A stretch of 50,580 nucleotides of DNA from Balamuthia mandrillaris (Eukaryota). Shown here piece by piece: positions 10,110 through 22,100 of the stretch. Positions within the stretch are counted from its first letter, which is position 1. Each line of letters begins with the position of its first letter. The position numbers and the translations under genes are program-made. Where the stretch lies: positions 124,001 through 174,580 of the forward strand of contig JAVKOQ020000101.1 in assembly GCA_031835245.2 (NCBI GenBank), written 5' to 3'. The notes beneath the pieces are model-generated. The model ran no database searches and had not been told where the DNA came from. It saw nothing but the letters and a program-made list of their open reading frames with translations.

Positions 10110-12463
10110 TCATTCTGTCTCAAACAACGTCAACCCATCCAAATACTCTGCCAACGCTTCCAACTCCATCTCCGACACTTGCGCCTCCGTCAAGCCGAGT
10201 GTGTCCCGCATTTCCCTTAACTCTGTCACCGGCTCCCGAAGACATCGCTCCACGCGAGTGTCGTGATCAGCAAGAGTGGAGACCCATTCTCGATGCCGTT
10301 CCACCACTAGCGAAGCTTCCTCCAGACAAGCCCCACTGCAATCCGCCACTACATCTCTTGGATCTCTTTGTGAAGTGAAGAAGAAGTGTGACAGAGGCGC
10401 AGGAGAAGAAGCATGAGGAAGAAAACTCTCCATCTCCTCCTCTTCCGCTCTTTGTTGTTGTGGTGCTGACTGAATGAAGTGAACGAGAAAGTGAGAGTGT
10501 TGGACAAGTTGGAAGATGGCGAAAAGGTCATGCGTTTCAGCAACGAAGATGTCTTCTGGTGCAGACGTAACAGCTTTGCTCATCAACCAACGAAGCGCCT
10601 CCATTTGCCATATCGCAGCAGAAGAACGTTGCAACGAGTTATCCATCACCACCACTTTGCAGCCTGTTCCATCGCACCTCTTGTTCCTTTCATATCTTTC
10701 TCCGAACGGAACTGTCGGACGAAATCCGAAATACGGCACATCGTTCGCGGTCTTCTCCACATAATCCTCCACCACAATCACTTCTTCCCCTTCTTCCACT
10801 TTTTTGCAACGAGCAAAGCCAAAGACGCACAACCACTCCCCAAAGTGACGGTCAAGCAATTGGATGCTCTCCTTTGGAAGAACTTCGAGGAAGGAACCTA
10901 TGCCACCCTCGCTGTCCGTGATGTGGTTCGTGTTGAAACCTGTTTGTGGATCCCATTTGGCGACCGGACCGGCTTTGCCCTCTTTGCTCTTGTAGGAGGA
11001 GAGCACTTGCCGGTGGATCGTTTCAAAGTCTTCTCGTGTGAGGTCCGTTATCCCCAATACCTTTTTTGAAGAATGGATGTTACAAATGAGGAAAAAAGAC
11101 AAAAACAAAAAACAAAGAAACTGACTTGAGCCATGTTTTGGATTTCTTGAACAGGGTTATGAACGGAGGCGACGTAGGACAGGTCGTAGTCAGAGAAGCG
11201 CAGCCATTGCTGATACCATTGAAAGTACTCTTGAACGAGTTTCTCGCACGAAGACGATCCCGCGAACAGCTTCGTTCCTGATCATCGCCAAGCGAAAGAA
11301 GAAGTCAGGGAAAGAGAGAAGCAAGAAGAACACAACAAAGGACACAACCTTTGGCCATCAAGCGATGACAAGAAGCGGCCGAGTCTCTGGGATCCCGAAT
11401 CGAGGTGAACACAAAGACGGCATTCCCCTTCGCGTTGCCCGCCAGCTCCAACGGATCAAAGTACTCATGAATCTTTGCAACGGCCACCGGATTGCCGTCC
11501 AGCAGCTGCTTGGCTCTGCGGATCTCATGGCCGTGGTTGGAGGCCACCTGGTCCTCCGGAAGGCCCGTTGCCCTTTGGACCAACAGCTTCAACACGTTAA
11601 ACTGTGCAAAGTAAAACAATGGTATCAGTGAGTAATACAGTTTTCTTTTGCGAAGACAGCAAAATAACCTGCCAAGTACTGCTGGAGCGAGTGTATCCAG
11701 AGGCAATGACCTTGCAATGCTGGGCCGTGCAGGCCTTGCCTCTTGGGTTGGGGTTGAGCGGATCCCCTCTCCACTCGTACCACGATGTGACCGGCGGCAG
11801 TTGAGTGGCTGTAGAGGCTGGGCCTCTGGCTGAAGTGGGTGGCGGGAGGGGTCGTGCGACGATGTGGTCCTTCTCAGCCGTTGTTCTTGTTGGAGAGGGA
11901 GGTTGGCTTTGTGGCTGTGCAGGGCGGCGGAAGGAAGCAGGAGTCGAGGGAGTTGGTCTTTGGTAGTTGGAAACCGAGCTGAAACGAGGGGGAACCCGTG
12001 CTGGTGTTGTTTTTATTGAGGGCGAAGAAGAAAGAGCAGAAGATGATGGAGAGGAAGGAGGAGGGTTGGAAGGAGAAAGGGGATCATTTTCGTTTCGGAT
12101 CATGGATGAAGAGAGAGGAGGACTCTCTCTTGTGTTTAGAGAGTGGGAGAGTGAAGGAGGGGGCAGCAAAGAGGAGGACGCAGGCCGTCTGGTTTCCGTT
12201 GGAGAAGGGAAGGTGGGGATAGGAGGAGAAGGGGGATGCTTCGTTGTAGGTTCGCTGGTTTCGGAGAGAGTAGCACGAGGCGCAGGCAGCCGCCCCTCAT
12301 TGGGCAAGACAGGAGCGAATTTGGTTTGCACAAACCCAGAGGCTTTCCTCTCTTTGACCTCATCCGTGGTGAAGAGGCTCCCCAGAAAGAAGACCTGAGA
12401 GAGCACAAACACCGCAAGCCCACAGGTGAAAAGGGTGTTTCTATTAATCCTTGCGACTATCAT
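10110..12463 (-). CDS. Type II membrane protein with sulfotransferase-like (P-loop) domains, probably tandem
   Basis: N-terminal TM anchor (TLFTCGLAVFVLSQVFFLGSLF) and Pro/Ser stem. Motifs SGYTRSSSTWQFN (5'-PSB-like), KIHE and SIRDPRD (3'-PB-like), plus a second degenerate copy (SLQRSSAAIWQ..SQRDPRD). Four exons joined by GT-AG introns. Confidence 0.7.
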
Positions 12464-13221
12464 TTTTTTTAGCTTTGCCTCAGCTATGCGAAGAGCATCC
12501 CGAAGAAGCAGCAAACAACTCACCGCCTTTCAAGAGTGCAGACCTCTATGGGGTTTTTTCTGGTTTCTGGGGTTATGCGCTCCAGCTGTTTCCTCTTTGA
12601 CTTTACCTTCCAGTATTTTTTTTTTTGCAACAGTTCGTCGATCGGGTGTTTCCTTTTTGAGAACAATCCGATTTTTAGGTCTCAAGGGTCGTTGGTTCGA
12701 GTCCCACCCTCGCTTGGAGCTCTGATGCCTGCTCTCTCTCTTCTCAAGAGCATTTGGAGAAAGAAAGACCAACAACGACTGCGGTGCGTCGAGTTTTGTT
12801 TGGTGGGAGCATGTGCCAGACGGCTCTGGCCAAGGACGAGAGAGGAGAATAAGTCAATGTGGAAGAGGGGATTGAAGCTCAGCATGGCAAGGGAGAGGTA
12901 CAGAAGTGTCCTGCAATAGGTTGCGGTTGATGACGCATAATCTATGAGCTCACTCCGCTCTTAGAGGAAGAAAACGAAGAAGCAAGAAGAGGAAGAAGCA
13001 CAAGGAAGAAGCACAAAAAGGGAGAAAAGTAAGTTCATGTCGACCCGAAATGTTTACATTCGAGGAGACAAAACAAAAAGATGAGGAAGCGTTTCTCGTC
13101 GCTTGCCGCCGTCGTGGCTGGCGGTGCGCCGGCATATGGCAGCTTTCCCGCTCAGAGGTAAAGTTATTTTTGAAAAAAAGAGCTTTCGTTGCGAACTAAC
13201 TGTAATGCCCGCAGTTCAACC

Positions 13222-14738
13222 ATGATCTCTCGTCCTTTCTTCACAAGTAGGCTAGTTTCTTCTCTTCTCTCCTTCTCTCCTTCTACAGTTCTGTTCTCAC
13301 TTCTTCTTCTTGCTTCTTCTTTTTCTTCTTCTTCTTCCTCTTGTTCTTCTTCTTCTTCTGCTTCTTTCCTCTTGCTTCTTCTTTGTCACAAGCAACGTTG
13401 TGGAAGTGCCCTCATCGTTTCCTCGTCTTCACCTCTTCGTTTCGCCCTCACTTTCACCAATCCACTCCTTTCCTCCATTCCACCGCTGCCCCTGCACCTT
13501 CTACGACCGGCCTCAAGGCAAAACGGGTGAAGAAAATGGAGGAACGGAACCCTTTCCAGATTCGCAAGCAAACACAACGAATGAACGAAGAGCTCTGCCT
13601 CCTTGCTGAGAAGAGACAGGTCGCCGACATGTTCGCTCTCTACCACCAACGCAAGGAACTTGGCGTCAAGCCCGACATGCTCACCTTTCTCCACCTCATT
13701 CGGGCTTGTGGCAGATCTTCTTTTTCCCCAGTTTCTTCTTCTACTACTTCATCTTCTTCTAGCAACAACAAAACGAACGAAGCAGAACGAATAGAGCAAC
13801 AACAATACTTGGACCAAGCATTCGGGGTGTTAGACCTATTACAAGCTGAAGGAGTGAAGCCTGGCATCGTGACCTACACCGTCCTGTTGGATAGCTGCGT
13901 GGAAGCCAAAGACCTCGACAAAGCCTTTCAGGCCCTGCAACGAATGGAGGCAGCTGGAGTGAAGCCCAACCTTGTGGCTTTCAACACCTTGATGAGGTTG
14001 GCTGCTGCCAACGGTGACTTGGCTCGTCAGGAACAGGTCTTTGACATGATCAAGCAACGAGGATTAAGGCCAGACGTAGCCACCTTTAACATTCTTTTGC
14101 AAGAGCTCGTCTTCAACAACAAAACGAAGAAGCAAAAGGAGGTGGTGGATCGAAGTTTTGGAATGCTGGAGCGAATGAAGAAGGAAGCAGTGGAGCCCGA
14201 CTTGCTGACCTACCGCACGTTACTTATTGCTTGTGAAGCACCAGAAGAAGATGAAGGCGATGCTCACCCTCTGTTGGATCGAGCTTTAGGCGTTTGGAAT
14301 GCCATGGGACAAGCGGGATTGGAACTAGATACCCCCATCTACGATGCTTTCATTCGCGCTTGCAGCAGTCACGGAGACTTTGAGCACACGCTAGCAGCCC
14401 TCAAGGAGATGACCGCGCAGCCAAAGAACAGCCGTTTGCCTCAAAGAAAGACGTTGCAGCGGGTCTTCAGGGCCTGTGCTCGTTGGGGAAAGGTGGAGGA
14501 GGGCATGCAAGTGTTGGCCACCATGAGAGCGCACGGCATGAAGCCGGATCAAGACATGTTGGCCTCCTTGGTGGGTGCTTGCCGCGAAAGAAAGCAAAGA
14601 GCAGACCATGCTGATGCTGCGGTCGCTCAGCTGGAGCAAGGAATGTTGGAGCAGATGAGAAGAGAGCCGTTTCGGCTCACGCATCGCATTGTAGACCTGG
14701 ACGATGTGCCCAAGGAGCTTGAAGAGTTTTATGCTTGA
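13222..14738 (+). CDS. Pentatricopeptide repeat (PPR) protein, probably mitochondrial
   Basis: Multiple 35-aa repeats (GVKPDMLTF, GVKPGIVTYTVLL, GVKPNLVAFNTLM, GLRPDVATFNILL, VEPDLLTYRTLL, GMKPD). The presequence-like ATG at 13222 is out of frame with the PPR frame; the first in-frame ATG is at 13537. Confidence 0.85.
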
Positions 14739-14863
14739 AGCGAGCAATGGCCATCATTGCTCTCCTCTCTGACTTTCTTTTTCCAAGAAAACACTGGTGT
14801 GCTTCTGAAAGAAGAGCAGCTGCTGCACAAGACAGAAAGAAAAGTTCTAAACTACTCGGAGAA

Positions 14864-15725
14864 ATGCGGCCGAGCGGGTGCGGTGCTCTCTCTTGCAAGG
14901 GCTTCCCTCGCCTGGGAAGGGTGATGTCTCTGCGGCAAAGGGGTTGCGATGGTTCGTTGTTGGTTCTTCTTCTCCCTGCGTATCGCGTGTGAGGCGCCTC
15001 ACTGAGCTTTTGTGTAAGGCTGGAGACCGCAAAGCCGTCGCTCGTTTTGTGCTGCTGCCGCCAAAGAGGAGAGCCAACCACAACCACAAACAAAGCCGAA
15101 GCGAGCGCTCGAGGCCGTGAAGTACATGCTGCTGGGGGTTGTGTTCGCCAAAGGCGCTTTGGACTCGCTGGAAACCTACGCCAACTGGAGAAAAACGCAG
15201 GGCGACTGCAGCTCCCTCTGGAACGAGCATGGCCTCGAGGCCCTTGCGGAGTTGCAACGTCAGCTCAACGGAGGACCCAACACTCCCTTGCGCGCCCACT
15301 TCCTTCCCTCTTCTTCGCGAGAGGCCGGGGAAGCGGCTCACAAGCTCACGTTGCAGTGGAGCAGCGGCGCCACGACCACGAGCCCCAAGTCCGCTACCAC
15401 TTGGAGGTACCGTCCTCGAGAGCAACCGCCCCCAGCGGAACAACACCAACAACCGGAACACCAGACACAGAACTGGTTCGACGCCTTGATGCGCTACCAC
15501 TTTTTGGTGTGGGAGGCAGAGACGACTCTCCAAGTGCCCATTGCGATCAAGGAGCAAACCGGCAAACGAGAAGAAGCCCAAGAGTCGCTGCTTGTGGTGG
15601 AGGGCAGAACGCACAAGGGGAGCTGGGTGGTGGACCCGAAGCACGGCGCCTGGGTGCAGACGCAGGGCAGGGACGCCGTCTGCATCCCTTTGGTGGCCTC
15701 TCCCTCTCCCATAGCGCAGCAATAG
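14864..15725 (+). CDS. Hypothetical protein with mitochondrial presequence-like N-terminus and one hydrophobic segment
   Basis: Exons 14864-14951 and 15019-15725 join in phase across a GT-AG intron. Arg/Ser-rich leader (..PQSRRSFCAAAA) followed by YMLLGVVFA. Confidence 0.6.
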
Positions 15726-15998
15726 AGGGACAAGGAGAGGAGACTTGGATCTTTTTGTCGACAGATAAGAGAGAGGAGAGGAGAGGATGCGAAATTTCGA
15801 TGGCATCCTGTCATTCGATTTGCATCCCATTTTCTGCCAACTCTTTCCCTATTTTCTACGTACTTTCCTTTCCACACGAAAGCCTTTAAAACAAAAACAT
15901 CTTCACGCTGCCTTCTCTTTCCTTTCGTCTTTTCAAAAACACAACAAAAAGAGAACATCCACCAAAACACAAAAAAAACAAAAACCTTTTGGTCAAAA

Positions 15999-16766
15999 AT
16001 GAGAAGTCAACTCGTGCGTTTCACATCAGGGTCCTCCTCTCTTATCCAACCGCATGCTCGTCTGCTTCGTTTGACGACCGCGCAGAGGTCCTTTGCCACT
16101 GTGGGCGGATCGGACCCTCGCCACGACGTCCCGCTCGGCGACAAGCTCGCCGGCGGCGTCAAGCAAGCCACCGGCAAGATCTTTGGCGACAGGGAGCTCG
16201 AGGCCGAGGGCCGCATCCAACGCGAGGAAGGCATGAAGGCGGCCTCCCCCGAGCGAGTCCGCACCGAGAGCGAGCTGGCCGAGGCCCAAGGTGCCATCAA
16301 GCATGGCGCCGAGACCCTCCGCGAGAAGGCCAAAGGCGCTGCCTCATATGTCAAGGACACCGTCATGGGCGGCGGCCACTCCCACGCAGACGCCCAAATG
16401 GGAGACCGCATGATGGGCGGCGCCAAGGAGGCCACCGGAAAGATGGCCGGCAGGGAGGACTGGGAGGCCCAAGGCAAGGCGCAGAGGAGCCAGGGCGGTG
16501 GGACCGCCACCGACGCCAGCATGAGCGACCGCGTCATGGGCAAGGCCAAAGAGGGAATGGGACGCATGGCGGGCAACCAGGGCATGCAGGAGGAAGGCAG
16601 GAAGCAGCAGTTGGGCGAGGAGCATCAGAACAAGACGGCGGAGTGGATGAAGCAAAAGGGGCACGAGATGAAGGGCAGTTTGAAGGAGCAGGCGGGGAAG
16701 ATGATGGGGAAGGAGGACCTGGAGGAGAGGGGAAGGAGGGAGAGGAACGAAGGCGGCAGGCTGTAA
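15999..16766 (+). CDS. CsbD/LEA-like hydrophilic stress protein with mitochondrial presequence
   Basis: Four CsbD-type repeats (DKLAGGVKQATGKIFGDRELEAEG; DRMMGGAKEATGKMAG; DRVMGKAKEGMGRMAGN; MKGSLKEQAGKMMG). Leader MRSQLVRF..RSFAT; intronless and GC-rich. Confidence 0.8.
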   Translation: MRSQLVRFTSGSSSLIQPHARLLRLTTAQRSFATVGGSDPRHDVPLGDKLAGGVKQATGKIFGDRELEAEGRIQREEGMKAASPERVRTESELAEAQGAIKHGAETLREKAKGAASYVKDTVMGGGHSHADAQMGDRMMGGAKEATGKMAGREDWEAQGKAQRSQGGGTATDASMSDRVMGKAKEGMGRMAGNQGMQEEGRKQQLGEEHQNKTAEWMKQKGHEMKGSLKEQAGKMMGKEDLEERGRRERNEGGRL

Positions 16767-17032
16767 ATAAACCAACCGTTCCTTTTTCGTATTCGTGTGG
16801 CTTCTTATTTTCTTTTCCAAGCATATCCTTTGCCCAACTCATTCCCTCCGCTGAGCGAAGGAGCAGGAGGAGAAACCATGATTCACAAGATAAAGGCGAT
16901 GGGACCAAATAGAGTGCCCATAACAAGCCGCTTCGGTCACGTTGGTAATGCCGTCTTCACCGCTGCTGCAGCGGACAACAAACCGTTTGGTCATTTTATA
17001 TTACATTGACACCAGACCTACCGCTTCAACTC

Positions 17033-17182
17033 TGCACCTAACTGGAACTGTGTCTCTTTGACCGTGCAACAACTTGGCCGTTCGCCCCACCGCTGCTGTG
17101 CACGCCACAAGCGTTTTGTGGCTATTGCAGGGCAAGCGGCCACAAGCTGTTGCACGGTCAAGGAGACACAGTTCCAGTTGCA
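17033..17182. ncRNA. Long imperfect hairpin (pre-miRNA-like or MITE-like inverted repeat)
   Basis: 17040-17088 pairs with 17130-17179: 17 bp perfect, one G:U, 14 bp perfect, then an interrupted continuation. Inner stem gccacaag/tttgtggc. The hairpin is directly visible; an RNA function is inferred. Confidence 0.5.
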
Positions 17183-17654
17183 TTCCAGAGACCCGTGATG
17201 ACGACCCGGCATTGCTTGTCCAGTGCACTCCGGAGGATGTTTCCCACAAGCAAAAAAGCTGCAGAGGCTTGCTTTTGCTCCCTAGATTCTCTCCTTCTTC
17301 TCCTCCTGGTTTTTCTGCCTGTCTTCCTCCGAGTTTCCTCCTCTTTTTGTTTGCTTCTTGACCAGCCCTCCGCCCCCTCCCCTTTATGTGGAAGCTGCTG
17401 CTGTGGTTGTTCATCCAGGCCAAGACCAAGACAAGACAACACCACGACGAACCATAACAACCTGGTTCGCACAGCACAACTCCAAAAAAAATAGGCGTTC
17501 CCGTCATCGTACCGATCATCATCCCGGTGGGTCCCATCCGTCGACTCCTCCGAAGGCTTCGCGGCGGCAGGAAGAAGAGACGGGTCCGAAGAAAACAAAA
17601 GCTCTTCAAACGACTTCGCTGAGGCGATAAAACGAAACCCCAAAAAAAACAAGC

Positions 17655-18227
17655 ATGCTTCGTAGCCTTCATCTTCCTCGCCGCCGTTCTTCTTCTCTGT
17701 CTTCTTCGCCCCTCTTCCTTCTCCACAAGCGCTTCTTCTGCTTCTCCTCCTCTCCTCCTCCTCCTCCTCCTCCTCCACCACAACAACATAACAGCCAAAA
17801 CTCGGTGGGAGGCACCTTGAAGCAGGCCACCGGCAGGGTGCTGCATGACAGGAGCCTGGAGTGGGAGGGCATTCTCCAGAGGCAAAAGGAGCTGGGCACG
17901 CCGAGGGCGGACAGGGCCATGGTGGAGGCCGGCATGGCGGCCGACCTCTCCGTCATGAGGCGCGAGCCGGTGGCTGGCTACCCCACGGACGCTCCTGGAA
18001 TACGCTCCTCCAACAACGAGGAGAACTATCGCCAGAACAGCGGTAGAGCGAGGCATGAGGAGAGAGGGAGGAAAGACGACGAGGAGGAAACAACGACGAA
18101 ACAAGGGCAGAACGTTGATGAGGAGAAGATGGAGGAAGCGAAGGAAAAGAGGAAGAGATTGGAGGAGGACAGGATGAAAGCAGAGTACAAAAAGGAATGG
18201 CAAGAACGACAGAATAACAACAACTAA
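17655..18227 (+). CDS. CsbD-motif hydrophilic protein with mitochondrial presequence
   Basis: Leader MLRSLHLPRRRSS..KRFF, one CsbD-like motif (GGTLKQATGRVLHDRSLEWEG) similar to the upstream gene, and a charged C-terminus. Confidence 0.65.
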   Translation: MLRSLHLPRRRSSSLSSSPLFLLHKRFFCFSSSPPPPPPPPPQQHNSQNSVGGTLKQATGRVLHDRSLEWEGILQRQKELGTPRADRAMVEAGMAADLSVMRREPVAGYPTDAPGIRSSNNEENYRQNSGRARHEERGRKDDEEETTTKQGQNVDEEKMEEAKEKRKRLEEDRMKAEYKKEWQERQNNNN

Positions 18228-18315
18228 GAGCGGGCTAGAAGAGAGAATATTTCTTTGCAAGAAAAAAAATATTTTGTTTTCCTTCAACCTCATGAAAAGA
18301 GCTCCTCCTCAGTTT

Positions 18316-18319
18316 CTCG

Positions 18320-18394
<75 letters not shown>
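18316..18394. repeat. (CT)n microsatellite
   Basis: Direct inspection. Similar tracts occur in many introns (e.g. ~7490, ~19090, ~23360, ~24805, ~34660, ~37890, ~42060, ~43935, ~47470). Confidence 0.95.
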
Positions 18395-18399
<5 letters not shown>

Positions 18400-18809
18400 T
18401 CTCTCCTCTCTCTCATCTCCTACCAATGTGCTTTTTCATGTTGAATTCATTCACCAATTGAAAATCAAACGCCACCTGCTGGCCAACCAAATTTCGTACA
18501 TATTCTTCGAACTTTTCCTGTCGACAATGAGGTCGTCATGATATCAGGGAACGCAAAAAGAAAGGAAAGAAAGAAGAAACGCTTTTTTTTGCAAAACGTT
18601 CTCTCTCCTCCTTCCGCTTTACTCTCTTGTCCTTTCGTGCCTATCCCTCTTGCCCCGTTTATTTATTTATTTATTTTTTTGCGTAACGGGTTTTGTTGTA
18701 TGGCTTCTTTGTACTTGTTGTGAAGAAGAACAAAACAAAACGCTTTACATCATCAAAACACCGGTAAAAATTGATTTTTGTATTTTTGTCTTCTCTCTCC
18801 GCTGGTACC

Positions 18810-19109
18810 ATGGAGGATCCGATTCCGCTTCACCATGGCTCTTCTTTTTCTGCTTCTTCTTCGTCCCACTCTCCAGCAGATCAGAAGGGAGAAGAGCAGG
18901 AGCGTCAAAACCAACTCATGCGCAGCAACCTGCTGAAGCTCAAAGAGAAGATCATTGACACCTCCACCATCGTCTCTCTCTATACGGCCTCCCAACAGAA
19001 GCTCCAACAGGCCTCTCAAACCGAGCATGAGCTCCGTCAAACCGTGCATGACCGTACGTTTGCGCTTTGTTTCTGACTTTGCATTTTCGCTCTCTCTCTC
19101 CCTTTTCTC

Positions 19110-19146
<37 letters not shown>

Positions 19147-22100
19147 TTCGTTGTTTTGCCCAATAGACTAAGCTATGTTATAATCAAAAACAAACAGAGG
19201 AAGAAAAGTTGACCCAAATGGAAACCGATCAACGCATCACCTCCACGCTGCGCCTCCAAATGGACCAGCTGCTACGCGAGGTCATCCCCTTGCGGCAGAG
19301 CCTCACCCAACGCGAGGGCCAGGTCGAGCGCCTCACGGCCGACCTCCAAAAATCCGAAAGCCAACTCAACGCCCTCAAAGCATACAATAGGCAGCTGGAG
19401 GCGGACATTGCGCTCGCACACGACTGGAAGGAGATGGAGAGAGGCTTTCGCAGGGAGATCAACAAGTTGAAGAAGGAGAGCAGCGCCAAGGATCATGACC
19501 TCCACATGCTCAACCGGGAGAACGTACACCTGTGCAGCAAGCTGAGGAACATGCAGAGAGTGAATGAGCGGTTGAATATTAAGGTGGAGCGGCTGTTGGT
19601 AGAAATGGAGATGGCTGGAGTGGCTGTACCGGAAGATATAGAGGCGATGACGACGACGATGATTGAGGAGGAGGGACAAGATAAAGAATATGTGGAAGAG
19701 GAAAGCAACAATGGAAAGGGGAAGAGAGGAAGAGGAAAGAGAATGCTCCGAGTGAGCACAAAAGGAGAAACGAGAACAACCGCTGAAAGACAGAAGGAAG
19801 AAGAGATGAAGAAAAAAAGCACCGGGGCGACATCGATGGACGTTGGAAGTGAAGAAGAAGAAGAAGAAGAAGCAGCAAGAGCAACACCAGGAGAACGAGA
19901 AAGAGGAGAGCAGGCAATGGGAGACACAGAAAGTCACGAGATGGAAAGAGAGTTGATGATTGAACTAGAAGGAATGGAAAGCGAAGATAGAGCCTCAGAT
20001 GAAAGTTCCGCTGGAGAAGAGCTCCAACAACAACCACCGTCACAACAGCAAACACAACAAAAAGAGAAAACCAACTTAGCGCTCCAAAATAACAAACAAC
20101 TTCTTACCAAAACCTTATTGAACGGTAAGAGAAACGCTGCCTCCACTCCTTCGTCATGGCAGTCCCTGTTACCAACTTTGAGCTACGCGCCCTATGCTGC
20201 CGCTGCAGTTGTAGCCGATAAACCAACCACTATAATTCCTTCATCATCTTTACAGCAACAACTTCAGGAAGATAAAGAGAGAAACGAAGAACAACCAACA
20301 GCAAACCATAGACATAGAAGAAACGAAAAAAAGGAAGCTTCTACTCCGCAACAATCTTTCGTTGTTATAGATGGTGATGCCGAAAATGAGAAAGAAAAAG
20401 CAAGCGAGACAGAAGCGAGTGAATTTGTTCCTGATTTGCGGGATGAGGTTTTTGTGATGGATCGACAACCACAAAAACATGAAGAATCAGGAGAAAAGGA
20501 CGAAACAGAAGACAAAGAAAAGGAATGGAAACAGAAAAGAACGGCTGGATTGCAGAAGACGACAACGAAAGAACTTGGACAAATGCTGAAACGACTCAAG
20601 TTGCGGCATTGGGGAAAAAAAGATCAACTCATCCAGCGGTTGGTTGACGCAGAATGGAATTTGTTCAAAACAGAAGCGGACGAGCATAAAAAAGAGAACG
20701 AGAATGACAAAGAGCAGAGATTTGAAGAAGCACAAGTAGAAAATAACAAAGTAGAAACTATGGAACGTAACGCAATCGAACAGAAGGAAGAACAGGAAAT
20801 GCAGAGTGAATTGGAGAAAGAACTAGAAAAAGAACTTGAGAAGGAAATGAAAGGAGAGGAAAAAGAAGAAGAAGAAGATGATGAAGAAGAAAAGAAAATA
20901 GAGGGAGACAAGAACCGAGAAGATGCAACATTTATGCTAAAGGTTGATGAAGATCGGAAGACAAAAGACAGACAAGAAGAACAAGAAGAAGAACAGAAAA
21001 GAAAAGCGGAAGAAGCAGCAGAAGAAGAAAGAAGAGATCGAGAAATGGAAGAGAATCTTTTTGGAGACATGGAAGAAGATGTGGAACAAGAAACAGAAAA
21101 GCTACAAACAATACAAGAAGAAAAGGTAGCCCCTGAAGTTGAACAACAAACGCAAAGAGAACAAGAAAGAGAACAAGAAGAACGAGCAGAAAGAGAAAAA
21201 CAGCGACGAGCACAACGAGAACGAGAACGACAACAAAAAGAAGAAGAAATGGTGCGACGCTCAGAAGAGTTGTTGAGAAGAATGTTGACGGTAGAGCCCG
21301 AAGAGAGAGAAGCAGTAATGCCAAAAGACTTGCTGCCACAAGATGCAGAGATGCAAATAGAGCAGAGCATTCAAAGCCTTTCAAACATCAAGAAGCAGCA
21401 ATCAGAAACGGGAGAAAAAACAAAAGAAAAGAATCGAATAGAAGAAAAACAGAAAGAGAAACAAACAGAAAAAGCAGTCAAGACGCAAGAAAAAAGAACG
21501 AGAACGACAACTGAAGGAGATAGACGGAAGCTATTCTCCTATGAAGACTTGGAGCAGAACGGAAGTACCTCCCCAATTGTTGCACGGGAAAACCGGATAC
21601 GACAACCTCTTCACCCTTCAACCACTTCTTCACTTTTACAATCTCCATCTGCTCCCTCCACCAACACTGCTTATTCCCGCATCGACGAGCTTCTCTCTGG
21701 AATTGGATCTCCACCGCCATCTTCTTTATCTTCATCAATCATACCAGCTTCTTTTCCTTCTACTCCTCCTCCAACTCCTTCCTCAAAAGTATTGCTCTCT
21801 GTTTCTTCTTCCTTTTCTCCTCCCATTGCTTCATCAGCCTCTGCTCTTTCCACTCCTTCATCTCTGTTGACTTGTTCTAGTACTTCATCTTCCACTTCTG
21901 CCCTTGTCTCTTCTACACTTCCTGTTGAACAACAAGAGCCAGCATCTCAAAAGAAAACCGAAGAGAAAAAAGATACAACTATAACGTCAACGAAAGCAAC
22001 TAAGACCAAGAAAACGGCTGCTTCATCCAAACTGAAAAGCCTGAAACGAAAAACAGTAAAAGTCCAAAAAACTCTTGCTGCTGGCATTAGAGCGCAACAA

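Noticed and set aside
17001..18293. 430-aa minus-strand ORF
   Set aside because: Antisense to the CsbD-like gene and runs through the hairpin; no domain signal.
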